The notes beneath the pieces were generated by a model. It saw only the letters and a program-made list of their open reading frames with translations, was not told the DNA's origin and ran no database searches. A program made the translations under genes and the position numbers. A stretch of 64,000 bases of DNA from positions 7,458 through 71,457 of the IMG/VR virus record IMGVR_UViG_3300043411_001246, one strand, 5' to 3'. Within the stretch, counting starts at the first letter, position 1. Every line of letters begins with the position of its first letter. The DNA is from a virus. Below are positions 38,922 to 48,519 of the stretch, in pieces.

Positions 38922-41288
38922 ATGGCCGGCGTCGTCAAAATAGACTTCAAGATCGGCGGCGCCGACGCCGTGGCACGGGCCATCTCGACCGTCCTGAAGT
39001 CGTCGGAACGCGCCATCCGGCAATCGACGCAGAACGAGCAGAAGGCCAACCGTGAGCGCGTGTCCGGCGCGGCCGGCGCGTCTCGTTCGGTCATCGCCGA
39101 ACAGCGCAAGGTCGCCGCCGAACAGCGCCGCATGGAGCGCGAGGCGGTCGCCGTCGTCCGTCAGGCCAACCGCGAGAAGGTCCAGGAAGAACGCCGCGCC
39201 TCGGCCGAGGTGGTGGCCGTCGTCCGTCAGGCCAATCGCGAGAAGATGGCCGAGGAGCGCAAGCTCGAAAACGAGAAGCGCCGCGCCGAAAACCAGGCCA
39301 AGAACCGCGCTGAGCAGAACGCCAAGGAGCGCAACCGGCTGCTGGGCGGCATGGTCGGCGGCGGCGTCTCGGGCGCCGCGCACGGCGTGGCCACCCTGGG
39401 TCGCGGTGCCGGTGCCCTGGTCCGTGGCGGCATGGACTTGGCTGGCTCACTCATGTCCGGGGCCGGAGTCGAGTTCGGACTCAGCCGTTCCATTCAAGTT
39501 CGGGCCGAACTTGAAAAGCGCGCCGTCGACCTGAGCAACAGCGGTTATCAGGAGAACGGCAAGGGTATCCAAACGCAGCGTGTCGATCCTAGGACGCTCA
39601 TGAAGGAGGCCAGCGCAGTAGGCATGGCTTCGGCCATTGACCCGAGCCAGGCAATCGAGGGCGTGGCCGGGTTTACCAAGGTGACTGGCGACCTTGCGAC
39701 CGCTCGCGCGCTCTTGCCTGACATATCCAAGTTTGCCCGCGCCACTGGCACCGACCTGGCGCAGGCCGTCGCCGCCGCGGGTGAGATGGGCAAGGCCATG
39801 GGCGACGCAGCTACGAATGAGGAAGAGGCCAGGCAGAAGGCCGCCGCCATCATGCAGGTGATGAAGGGCGTTGCCGGACAGGGCAAACTCGGGTCCATCG
39901 AGATGAGCGACTGGGCCAAGGGCGGCGCCCGGTACGCTGCCGCGGCCCAGCAGTTTGAAGGCAACGCCGGGTCCAATATGTTGAAGGTCGGTATGCTCGG
40001 TCAGGAGGCGCGCGGCGGCGGTGGCGCGTGGAACCCTGCGACCGCGGCGGCCGCCGTCTCTGGCCTCGTGACGACGTTCACCACGCCGTCTCGTAAGAAG
40101 GCTTTCGACAGCATGGGTATCAGCCTCAAAGGCGAGGGTGGCAAGTTGCGCGACCCGGTGGCCATCATCTCGGAGGCCATCGACAAGACCGGCGGCGACA
40201 TCAACAAGTTGCAGCCGATGTTCGCCAACGTCGTCGGCGCGCGTGCCATGCGCGGCCTGTCCAACAAGTACCTGGAAGGCAGCGGCGGCGGGACCGATGA
40301 GGCGAGCAAGGGCAAGGGGCGCGCGAAGCTACAGGAAGAGATCGACCGCATGACGAAGGGCGCGGTCATGTCCGACAAGGACATCAACGATAGCAACGCA
40401 GCCTCGATGAACAGTCTGGAAGCGAAGGCCCAAATCTTTCAACAGCGGCTCGACCAGATCGCCGGGGACATGGCTGACAAGCTCATTCCGGCGATGCTCA
40501 AGTTCGCCCCGGTGGCCGAGCAAGGCGCCGCCATCCTGACGAAGTTCATCGAGGCAGTGGCGCCCAATGCTGACCAACTCGCCAAGGCCCTCGGTCAACT
40601 GGCACCTGCCGCTGCACAGGCCGCCACCATGCTGGCCAAACTTATCGGCGGAGCGGTGGAGAGTCCCAAGGCCGCCGCGGCGCTGCTCGTCGGCGGCATG
40701 GCGGCCAAGGGCGCGCTGGGCGTGGCCGCAGGTAGCAGCCTGGTCCAGGGGGCCATCGGCTCGGGTGTCGGCGCGCTGGCTGGAAGTGCCAAGGCAGCCG
40801 GTGCCGGGCTACTGGCCAAGGGCGGTGGCGCTCTGGCCGCGGGTGGCACGGTGGCGGCCGTCGTCGGCGCCGCGGTGGCCGGCGGGATGCTGGGCACCAT
40901 GGTAACCGACTCACAAGACCAGCAATACAAGGACCGCACCAAGACCCGCCAGGCTCTCGGGAACGAATCGACGGTACTGCAACAGAAGATGTTTCAGGGC
41001 ACCGCGTCCGAGAGCGACATCAAGCGCGCCCGCGAACTTACCGGGCAACTGCGCGCCACCGCCAACGACGGCTCGTTCAGCGGCAAGGTGGACAAGATGC
41101 TGGGCGACGACTCGGCCGCACGCGCAGGCGAACAGGCTGCCGCGTTGGAGGCGGCGCTGTCCAAGGCGATACCCAAGCAAGACCCGGCCGCCATGGGCGC
41201 GGCGATGGCCGGACCGATTGCCGAGGCTGTCGGTGCCGCGGTCGGTGCCGCCAACGCGCAGAACCCCAAGATCCAGCCCCCAGGCTGA
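38922..41288 (+). CDS. tail tape measure protein
   Basis: 788 aa, helical, Ala/Gly-rich; QGKLGSIEMSD, GKLRDP motifs. Confidence 0.88.
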   Translation: MAGVVKIDFKIGGADAVARAISTVLKSSERAIRQSTQNEQKANRERVSGAAGASRSVIAEQRKVAAEQRRMEREAVAVVRQANREKVQEERRASAEVVAVVRQANREKMAEERKLENEKRRAENQAKNRAEQNAKERNRLLGGMVGGGVSGAAHGVATLGRGAGALVRGGMDLAGSLMSGAGVEFGLSRSIQVRAELEKRAVDLSNSGYQENGKGIQTQRVDPRTLMKEASAVGMASAIDPSQAIEGVAGFTKVTGDLATARALLPDISKFARATGTDLAQAVAAAGEMGKAMGDAATNEEEARQKAAAIMQVMKGVAGQGKLGSIEMSDWAKGGARYAAAAQQFEGNAGSNMLKVGMLGQEARGGGGAWNPATAAAAVSGLVTTFTTPSRKKAFDSMGISLKGEGGKLRDPVAIISEAIDKTGGDINKLQPMFANVVGARAMRGLSNKYLEGSGGGTDEASKGKGRAKLQEEIDRMTKGAVMSDKDINDSNAASMNSLEAKAQIFQQRLDQIAGDMADKLIPAMLKFAPVAEQGAAILTKFIEAVAPNADQLAKALGQLAPAAAQAATMLAKLIGGAVESPKAAAALLVGGMAAKGALGVAAGSSLVQGAIGSGVGALAGSAKAAGAGLLAKGGGALAAGGTVAAVVGAAVAGGMLGTMVTDSQDQQYKDRTKTRQALGNESTVLQQKMFQGTASESDIKRARELTGQLRATANDGSFSGKVDKMLGDDSAARAGEQAAALEAALSKAIPKQDPAAMGAAMAGPIAEAVGAAVGAANAQNPKIQPPG

Positions 41289-41294
41289 ACTACC

Positions 41295-42224
41295 ATGCCC
41301 ATCGACCCCGTCACCAAGCGTAGCGACCTCGATGCGTTTGCCAAGATGCCCAAGGCGTCGTGGCGGGACATCGAGTTCGTGTGCGGGCCGATGGATTGGG
41401 GGTTCACCCACGCCCACGCGGCCCACCTCTACCCGGATCGAGATGCCGGCTACATCGAGAGCACCGGGCGCAACCCGGCGACGTTCTCGTTCCTGGCCAT
41501 CTTCCGCAACGGCGTCGTGGGCGAGCGGTTGCAGTTCCCGACGCTCTACCAGGCGTTCACCCGGGCGTGCATGGACCGCACGGCGGGCGACCTGCTGCAC
41601 CCGGTCCTCGGGGTCATCAAGGTCAAGTGCCAGTCCTACAAGGCGTCGTTTGACGTGATGCGCCGGGACGGTGCCGATGTGCAGGTTGAGTTCATCGAAT
41701 CGACCGACGAGGCCGACGAACTTGACGCGCTGCTCGGGCAGAACAGCCCGATGGGCAACTGCATCACGGCGGCCCGCAACCTCGACGACGCGCTCGGCAA
41801 CGTGAGCCCGGCGCCGCCCCCGCTGCCGCAGTCGCTCAAGCCGTCGCTGCTGGACAGCATCAAGCAACTCAACGGCGCGGTGCAGCAGTACAAGCTCGGC
41901 ATCGGCAACATCGCCGGGCAGATCGATAGCTACGCCAGCGCCATCGACGACCTGACCAACACGCTGCAAGACCTCGACGACCCGAAGAACTACCGGGCGC
42001 TGGACGCCTGCGAGCGCATGTTCGCGTCGCTGCTGGCCCTGTCGGTCGAGGTCACCAAGAAGGCCAAGCCGACCATCCCGGCCATCGTCCCGTTCACCAC
42101 GTCGCTGGCCGGCGCGGCCGGGTACTTCGGCATGACCGTCGGCGCCTTCGCCAAACTGAACCCCATCCTCGCCGGGCAGACCACCCTCCTCGTGGGCACG
42201 CCCGTCATGATCGCCGCGGTATGA
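41295..42224 (+). CDS. DNA circularization protein (Mu gpN-like)
   Basis: ASWRDIEF..HLYPDRD..ESTGR..GDLLHPVLG..VEFIE. Confidence 0.85.
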   Translation: MPIDPVTKRSDLDAFAKMPKASWRDIEFVCGPMDWGFTHAHAAHLYPDRDAGYIESTGRNPATFSFLAIFRNGVVGERLQFPTLYQAFTRACMDRTAGDLLHPVLGVIKVKCQSYKASFDVMRRDGADVQVEFIESTDEADELDALLGQNSPMGNCITAARNLDDALGNVSPAPPPLPQSLKPSLLDSIKQLNGAVQQYKLGIGNIAGQIDSYASAIDDLTNTLQDLDDPKNYRALDACERMFASLLALSVEVTKKAKPTIPAIVPFTTSLAGAAGYFGMTVGAFAKLNPILAGQTTLLVGTPVMIAAV

Positions 42225-43507
42225 CCTCCCCCGACCTCGACCGCCTCACGCTGACCATCGAGGACGGGACGCAGTACGACCTGTGGACCGAGTGCGTCAT
42301 CACCGACTCGTTCCTGGATCCGTGCCAGACGATGCAACTTTCCGTGGCCGCGGACGAGACGCGGTTCGGCCTGCTCGGTCGGCTGCGCAAGGGCGCCCAG
42401 TTTCTTCTGGAGATCAACGGCAACCCGGTGCTGGGCGGCTTCCTGGACAAGGTCGGGATGCGGTCGAGCCGGGCCGGGCGGCTGGTCACCATCACCGGGC
42501 GGGACGTGCTCTCCCCTGTGGTGGATTCCAACGTCGATCCGCGGCTGCCGGTCAAGAAGGGCATGTCCTTGATGGACCTGGCCAAGCTCCTGTTTGAAGA
42601 GCACTTCCTGCTGCCGGTGAAGGTGTCCGACTCGGACGCCGTGGTCATCGACGGCCGCAACCGCGCGGTCGGCAAGCCGGTCAAGGCCAAGCCCAAGAAG
42701 GGCCGGCGCAAGACGACCGACACGTTGAAAGAGATCTACCCGAAGGCGAACGAGGGCGGGTTTCAATACTTCACCCGCTTTGCCCACCGCGTCGGCTACC
42801 ACGCCTGGGCGCTGCCGGACGGGCAGGGGATCGTGATCGGCACCCCGACCTACGAGCAAGAACCGGCCGGGGAGATCCGGCTGGTGCGCGGCGCCGCCGG
42901 CCTGTCGAACACCATCGAAGAGAGCAGCATCGACAGCGACAACACCCGGGTGCCGTCTCACGTCTTCGTGCGCGGCAAGGGCAGCAAGCCCGGCGACAAG
43001 TCCAACCCCATCGGCTGCGCCATCAACCCGGACGCGCCCTTCTTCAAGCCGTTTTACCTGACGGACGAGGAGAGCGCGACCAAGGACCACGCCGACGCGG
43101 TGGCGCGGTTCGTCATGGGCAAGGCCCTGCGCGAGGCGCTGCGCTACACGGTCAAGGTGCGCGGGTTCACTGACCCGACATCGGGCCGCGTCTGGACCGT
43201 GGACACCGTGGTCAACGTCAAGGACGAGGACTGTGGCGTCGAGGGCTTGATGTGGGTGGAGCAGCGGACCTTTCGCAAGTCGCGGTCCGGCACCTTCACC
43301 GAGATGACGCTGATCCCGGCGGATAGCCTCTTGCTCGATTACTACGCCAGCGACAGCCCGCCGCCGCCGCCTGAAAACTACAAGGCCGCCGCCGGGCAAC
43401 TGCCCAAGAAGCCCGTGACCGAGCGGCAGCCGGACGCCACGCAGCGCACCTACCTCGGGTGGTTCCCCATCGTCGTGGACAACGAGACCAACAAGGACCG
43501 CCCATGA
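42221..43507 (+). CDS. baseplate hub protein (Mu gpP-like)
   Basis: VLGGFLD..ITGRD..VVDS; WTVDTVVNVKDE. Confidence 0.85.
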   Translation: MTSPDLDRLTLTIEDGTQYDLWTECVITDSFLDPCQTMQLSVAADETRFGLLGRLRKGAQFLLEINGNPVLGGFLDKVGMRSSRAGRLVTITGRDVLSPVVDSNVDPRLPVKKGMSLMDLAKLLFEEHFLLPVKVSDSDAVVIDGRNRAVGKPVKAKPKKGRRKTTDTLKEIYPKANEGGFQYFTRFAHRVGYHAWALPDGQGIVIGTPTYEQEPAGEIRLVRGAAGLSNTIEESSIDSDNTRVPSHVFVRGKGSKPGDKSNPIGCAINPDAPFFKPFYLTDEESATKDHADAVARFVMGKALREALRYTVKVRGFTDPTSGRVWTVDTVVNVKDEDCGVEGLMWVEQRTFRKSRSGTFTEMTLIPADSLLLDYYASDSPPPPPENYKAAAGQLPKKPVTERQPDATQRTYLGWFPIVVDNETNKDRP

Positions 43508-44145
43508 GCACCTGGATCGATTGGGTGGACGTGACCGAGTCCACATTTTCCAAGGACGCCAGTGGTGGCGAGGCCCAGGTGGTCACCTGCGCCGTGCGCG
43601 ACGCCGGGCAAGAGGACGGGCAGACGGGCCGAGATGTCGAGGTCTGGGGCCTCGGGTGCATTGTCTACCGCCCGGCCCCGCCGGACGATAAGGGCAAGTG
43701 CCAGGCGGCCGTCGCCACCGTCGGCGGCTCGCGCGTCATCGTCGCCACCCGGGACACCCGGGCCGCCACCGCGGTCGGTGACCTCGGGGAAGGGGACGCG
43801 GCCTTCTGCGCCCCGACCAGCCCCACCGCACTCATCGGCAAGGTCGACGGCAGCATGGCTATGCTGCAACAGGGGGCCGACGCCGACGCCATGATCGCGA
43901 TGGAAAAGGACGGCGCCATCATCCTGCGCAACAAGTGGGGCCAGATTCAGCTCGATGAAAACGGGTTCGCCGTGGTGCTGACCTCGGGCGAGTCGTTTGA
44001 GCTGGCGCCGGCCAGCGCGCAGATCACCGCCGACGTGGTGAAGATCGCAGGCGGTGTGGTCTCCCTCGGCGCCGCCGCTGCCGTGCCGCTGACCTTCGCG
44101 CCCACGTCCGGCGTGGTGAAGCCCGCGCCCAACATCCTCGTGTGA
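43504..44145 (+). CDS. baseplate central spike (Mu gp45 / gpV-like)
   Basis: RDTR..LGEGDAA; beta-helix-like C-terminus; position. Confidence 0.75.
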   Translation: MSTWIDWVDVTESTFSKDASGGEAQVVTCAVRDAGQEDGQTGRDVEVWGLGCIVYRPAPPDDKGKCQAAVATVGGSRVIVATRDTRAATAVGDLGEGDAAFCAPTSPTALIGKVDGSMAMLQQGADADAMIAMEKDGAIILRNKWGQIQLDENGFAVVLTSGESFELAPASAQITADVVKIAGGVVSLGAAAAVPLTFAPTSGVVKPAPNILV

Positions 44146-44152
44146 CCTCGCC

Positions 44153-44482
44153 ATGACGCGCTGCAAGCTCCCCGGCTTTGACCTGAAACTGCCGGGGCTG
44201 CCCAGCCTGCCGCCTGCCATCCCGTTCCCGCGCATCCCGATTCCGCGGCTGCCGACGTTCGGGCTGCGGCTGCCGGGCTTTGCGCTGAAGCTCCCCGGGT
44301 TGCCGTCGCTGCCGCCGCCGATTCCGTTCCCTCGGCTGCCCATCCCGCGGTTGCCGACCTTCGGCCTGCGCCTGCCCGGCTTCAACCTGAAGTTGCCCGG
44401 GTTGCCCTCGCTGCCGCCGCCGATTCCCCTGCCGCGCATCCCGATTCCGCGGCTGCCTGCCTGCCCCCTGGACGCCCTCTGA
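44153..44482 (+). CDS. Pro/Leu-rich tandem-repeat protein
   Basis: About 3 x 34-aa repeat LKLPGLPSLPPPIPFPRIPIPRLPTFGLRLPGF; TGATG coupled to the next gene. Confidence 0.65.
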   Translation: MTRCKLPGFDLKLPGLPSLPPAIPFPRIPIPRLPTFGLRLPGFALKLPGLPSLPPPIPFPRLPIPRLPTFGLRLPGFNLKLPGLPSLPPPIPLPRIPIPRLPACPLDAL

Positions 44483-44955
44483 TGCCCGGATTTGGACTCA
44501 CCTCGTTTGGCCTGACCGCCTCGGGTTTTGGCTCGACCGCGGGCCAGCCGTCGCCCGGGTCCGGCTACGCGCCGACCGTGGACAACGTGCTGGGCCGCAA
44601 GGTGGACTTCCCGACCAAGGACTACGTCGTGGACTACGACGCCACCGGCTGCCCGCACGAGTCGCAAGACCCGGTGGCGCAGCAGGTGGCGTTCCGTCTG
44701 ACCACCCGCAAGGGCCGGCTGCCGTACGACCTGGCATTTGGCAACGACTGGTTGAACCTCGACAAGATGCCGGCCGACCTCGCCGGCTTTGGCCTGCGCG
44801 CGGCCAACCTGGCCCTGCAAGACCTCATCAACGCGGGCGCCGTCCGCATCGTCTCGGTCGAGGTCGAGCGCGACGGCGGCACCGCGATCCAGGCCGTGAC
44901 CTGGCTTGACCTGCGCACCCGGCGCGAGCGCACCACCCGGACCCGGAGAGCCTGA
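44482..44955 (+). CDS. baseplate wedge protein (gp46 / gp25-like)
   Basis: LTTRKG..FGNDW..ALQDLI..IVSVEVE. Confidence 0.7.
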   Translation: MPGFGLTSFGLTASGFGSTAGQPSPGSGYAPTVDNVLGRKVDFPTKDYVVDYDATGCPHESQDPVAQQVAFRLTTRKGRLPYDLAFGNDWLNLDKMPADLAGFGLRAANLALQDLINAGAVRIVSVEVERDGGTAIQAVTWLDLRTRRERTTRTRRA

Positions 44956-44958
44956 CCC

Positions 44959-46479
44959 ATGGCCCAGACCGCCAACGACGTGCCGACCCGCGAGCAAGCG
45001 GTCGAGCGCGCTCTCCAGTTTTACCAGCGCGGCCTTGTCCGGCAGGCTGGCGTCTCCGCGTCCTCGGCCCGCGCCGCCACCGCCAAGGGCACCGAGCGAT
45101 GGCTCACCGTGCAGGCGTGGGCGCAGGGGTTGGAGGTGGTGTTTGCCAACGCCATCGCGCTCGAGGACGCCGCCCTGCCCGACACCGCCATCGGCGACGA
45201 CCTCGTGCGGATCTGCGCCATCTACGGCGTCAGCCCGAGCGGGGGCGCAGGCGCGCAGGGCCCGGTCACCGTGACCTGCACCGGCAGCGTCACCTACCCG
45301 GAGAGCCGGGAACTCACCAGCAACACCACCGGCAAGCGCTACCGGGTCGTGGCCTCGACCGTGGCCAGCGACGGCGACAGCGTCAACATCGTCGGCATCG
45401 ACGTGGGCGTGGCGTCCAACCTCGCCGCGGGGGAGGTGCTGACCTGGACCTCGCCCCCCATCGGCAGCGGGTCCACCTGCGTGGTCGCCTCCGGGGGACT
45501 GGTCGATGGCAAGGACGCCGACAACGACGGGCGGCTGCGCGAGCGACTGCTGAAGCTCCTGCGCGAGCCCCAGAACGGCGGCTCGTGGGCGCACTACCGG
45601 CAATGGGCGGAAGACGCCTCCGCGTCGGTCGAGGCGGCCTACGTGTACCCGGCGGCACAGGGGCCCGGCACGGTCCACCTGGCCTACACGGTCGAGGGCA
45701 CCGCGGACAACGCCTACGCCCGCACCGGCACCACCGCCCTGACGACGCTGGTGGCGCAGGCGGTCGTGGACGAACAACCCGAGTTTGCCGACGTGACCGT
45801 GACGACCGTGGCCCACCAGGACATCGGGCTGGCGTTCAAGCTGTCGCTGCCCGAGCCGCTGATCGGCGGCGGGGCCGGCGGGGGCTGGATCGATGAGGTC
45901 GGGGACCGCTGGGCGATTGCCAAGATCGGCGCCGGCAACGTCGACGGGACCGTCAAGGTCACCGTGGCCTCGTCGTCGCTGACGTTCACCACCAACGCCT
46001 ACAACGAGCCGGTGGATGACTCGTGGGTCTATCTCTTCTCCGTCGCTGACCGCGTGCCGTACCTGGCGCAGGTGGCCAGCCACAGCGGCAGCGCCGGGGC
46101 GTGGGCGGTGACCCTGGACCGCAGCCTGCCGACCGTCGCCGTGGGCGATTACGTCTGGCCGGCGTGTGAGCAGGGCGAGGACTACTGCGCCACGATCCAG
46201 GCCGAGGTGGCCAAGCTCGCCCCGGGTGAGAAGACCGCCGACGCCGACGTGCTGCCCCGCGCCTACCGCCACCCGCGCGCCATCGATGGCAGCCCGTCGG
46301 ACCTCACCACCACGCAGCTCGTCGCCTTGCAGGTGGCGCATCGCGAGGTGACCAACGCCGCGTATTTCGAGGCCGACGAGTCCACGGTGACGCTGCCGCT
46401 GGCGCCGGACGCGCCGGGTGCGGTGACCGACCCGCCGAACGTGTTCCGCGTCGCCACCCTGGCCTTCTACCCCACCTGA
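44959..46479 (+). CDS. baseplate J / Mu gp47-like protein
   Basis: ALPDTA.GD.L, GGLVDGKDAD..LRERLL, GGS..HY.QWA, GPGTV. Confidence 0.9.
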   Translation: MAQTANDVPTREQAVERALQFYQRGLVRQAGVSASSARAATAKGTERWLTVQAWAQGLEVVFANAIALEDAALPDTAIGDDLVRICAIYGVSPSGGAGAQGPVTVTCTGSVTYPESRELTSNTTGKRYRVVASTVASDGDSVNIVGIDVGVASNLAAGEVLTWTSPPIGSGSTCVVASGGLVDGKDADNDGRLRERLLKLLREPQNGGSWAHYRQWAEDASASVEAAYVYPAAQGPGTVHLAYTVEGTADNAYARTGTTALTTLVAQAVVDEQPEFADVTVTTVAHQDIGLAFKLSLPEPLIGGGAGGGWIDEVGDRWAIAKIGAGNVDGTVKVTVASSSLTFTTNAYNEPVDDSWVYLFSVADRVPYLAQVASHSGSAGAWAVTLDRSLPTVAVGDYVWPACEQGEDYCATIQAEVAKLAPGEKTADADVLPRAYRHPRAIDGSPSDLTTTQLVALQVAHREVTNAAYFEADESTVTLPLAPDAPGAVTDPPNVFRVATLAFYPT

Positions 46480-46489
46480 GACCGCCACG

Positions 46490-46978
46490 ATGTCGACCCC
46501 TATTGCCCCCGAGACCCCGGACCTCAGCACCTTCGGTGCGCCCTACCTGGACGCGGACGCCGTGGTGGACCCCGAGACCGAGATGGCCGCTGCGGCCATG
46601 AACTTGCTGGCCACGCAGGTCGTGGCCACCGGCCACACCGCGCCGCGTGCCTGGGCCCTCTGCACCATCTCCGGCGGGGTCATCACCCTGGCCGACCATG
46701 ACGCCGTGTGGGGCTCGGGCGCGGGCGTGGCGCCTGTCGCGGCCCGGTCCGGCGCCGGGGTCTACACGGTGACGTGGGCCTCCGCGTACGACGACCTGCA
46801 AGATGTGCCCGAGTCGCACTCCACCATCCTGCGCGCCGCGGTCGCCTCCGGGTACGCCGCCGCTGCCGCCCGCATCGTCAACGGCTACCTGTCCTCGGCC
46901 ATCGTCGCCACGGTCAAGGCGTACGACGCGGCCGGCGTCGCCGCCGACGTGGACACCTTCACCGTGACGGTGTGGTGA
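46490..46978 (+). CDS. tail / baseplate structural protein
   Basis: RSGAGVYTVTW motif; position in the baseplate module. Confidence 0.55.
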   Translation: MSTPIAPETPDLSTFGAPYLDADAVVDPETEMAAAAMNLLATQVVATGHTAPRAWALCTISGGVITLADHDAVWGSGAGVAPVAARSGAGVYTVTWASAYDDLQDVPESHSTILRAAVASGYAAAAARIVNGYLSSAIVATVKAYDAAGVAADVDTFTVTVW

Positions 46979-47790
46979 TGGGGGCCTTTGGCGACTGGCG
47001 GGCCCCGTTCCCGCTGCGCTTCGGGGGCCGCCCTCACGCGGTGGCCGACATGCTCTACCAGACCGTCAAGGGCGCCCGCCCGGACGCACTGGCCGGCGGG
47101 GCAGGCACCGAGGTGGACCTGGAAAACAAGGTGATGGCCCGGCTCCTGTGGATGGGCTGGCGGGCGACGGCGCGGCGCGTGGCGCAGCGCGACCCGGCCA
47201 AGCTCACCGCGGACGTGCGGCCGGTCACCCTACCGGACACCGGCACCACCAAGACGACCTCGACCCTGGCCCGGTGGGAGGCGCTGCTCTACCTGACGCC
47301 GGCCCCCGGTGCCTCGGCCCGGACCCGGCGCGCGGCGGTCAAGGCGGCGCTGGTCTCTACCTCGTCGGCGCGGCGTGTGGCCGTCGAGGACGCCATGCGC
47401 GCCATCTTCGGGTCGTGGCTGGTGGGCCTGGCCGAGAACCGCGCGACCGACGTGGACTACCCGGGCCGGGCCACCGTGGGCGATGTCCACGCCTACTGGC
47501 CGACCACGCAGACACCGCCCACCCCGGACGCCTTTCACGACGCAGACAAGCCGGGCGAGTTTTCGGCCACCTACCCGTGGCGGTCGGCGCTCTGCCTCGT
47601 GTGCGTGCAGATCCAGCCGCCGGCCTCGACCTCGCAAGACGAGATCGACGCCAAGGTGGGCAAGGCCGTCGCGCAGCTCGACGACATGCTTCCGGCGTGG
47701 ATGAGCGCCACCCTTTCGCAGTTCCCCCCAGACCAGACCGTCGGCGGCTTTTACGCCGGGGTGTCTCTGGTCGGCCTGACGGCGGTGTAA
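46978..47790 (+). CDS. baseplate wedge protein (Mu gp48 / P2 gpI-like)
   Basis: LARWEALL..RRAAV..DMLPAW. Confidence 0.65.
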   Translation: MGAFGDWRAPFPLRFGGRPHAVADMLYQTVKGARPDALAGGAGTEVDLENKVMARLLWMGWRATARRVAQRDPAKLTADVRPVTLPDTGTTKTTSTLARWEALLYLTPAPGASARTRRAAVKAALVSTSSARRVAVEDAMRAIFGSWLVGLAENRATDVDYPGRATVGDVHAYWPTTQTPPTPDAFHDADKPGEFSATYPWRSALCLVCVQIQPPASTSQDEIDAKVGKAVAQLDDMLPAWMSATLSQFPPDQTVGGFYAGVSLVGLTAV

Positions 47791-47793
47791 CCC

Positions 47794-48519
47794 ATGTCCT
47801 CCACCAAAGTGTTCATCCCGGCCATCTCCACCGGGGAGCGGCTGACCGCGGCCAAGATCAACGGGCTCGACACCGCGCAGTACAACAGCCTGACGCGCAA
47901 TGAAAACGTGGCGCTGCTGGACGACGCGGGGTTTGACCTCGGCGCATTCGACTTCCTGATCCTCGGCAGCGGGGCAGGGAAGTTCAAGCCGGACGGGGCT
48001 TACACCGAGTTCCAGGGGTACCCAACGGTGGACTCGTCCTCGCGGGCGGTCACCGGCTACGCGCCGCCGTCGGTGCCGATCTACGACAAGGTCAGCGCCG
48101 TCGGGTTCTCCGAAGGCATCCAGCGCATCCAGCAAGTCGTCGTCTCAAGCACGCTGAACTTCTGGATCACGCTGCCCATCGGCACGGTCATCTCCACCAT
48201 CTCGGTCGGGCTCAAGAAGGCCGCCGGCACCGTCGGGTTGCCGGGCGTCATGCCGACGGTGGCCCTGTACTACTACGACATGACGACCGACAGCACGGCC
48301 ACCGCGGTCGGCTCGGCCGCCGCGGACACGTCGGCCAACATCGCCGCGTACCGGACATTTCACCTCGTCACCACCGCCAGCCTGAACCACACCGTCGCCG
48401 CCAGCCGTAACTACATCGTCTCGGTCACTGGCGACGATGACTCGTCCAGCAGCGGCACCGGCCTGAACATCTACCGCCCTTACATGACCGTGACCGCCTC
48501 GACGATCCGGGCGATGTTA
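47794..48519 (+). CDS. tail fibre-like protein; end placed at TTA 48517-48519 (standard code: 49335)
   Basis: GERLTAAKIN N-terminus, beta-rich body; + strand coding character ends at the TTA, which is also the antisense gene's TAA. Confidence 0.7.

Noticed and set aside
39130-39250. Duplicated AVVRQANREK segment in the tape measure
   Set aside because: Ordinary tape-measure internal repeat.
43450-46530. Long antisense ORFs (1026 aa here, also 27391-29457 and 29973-32078)
   Set aside because: Shadow frames of high-GC genes with no recognisable motifs.
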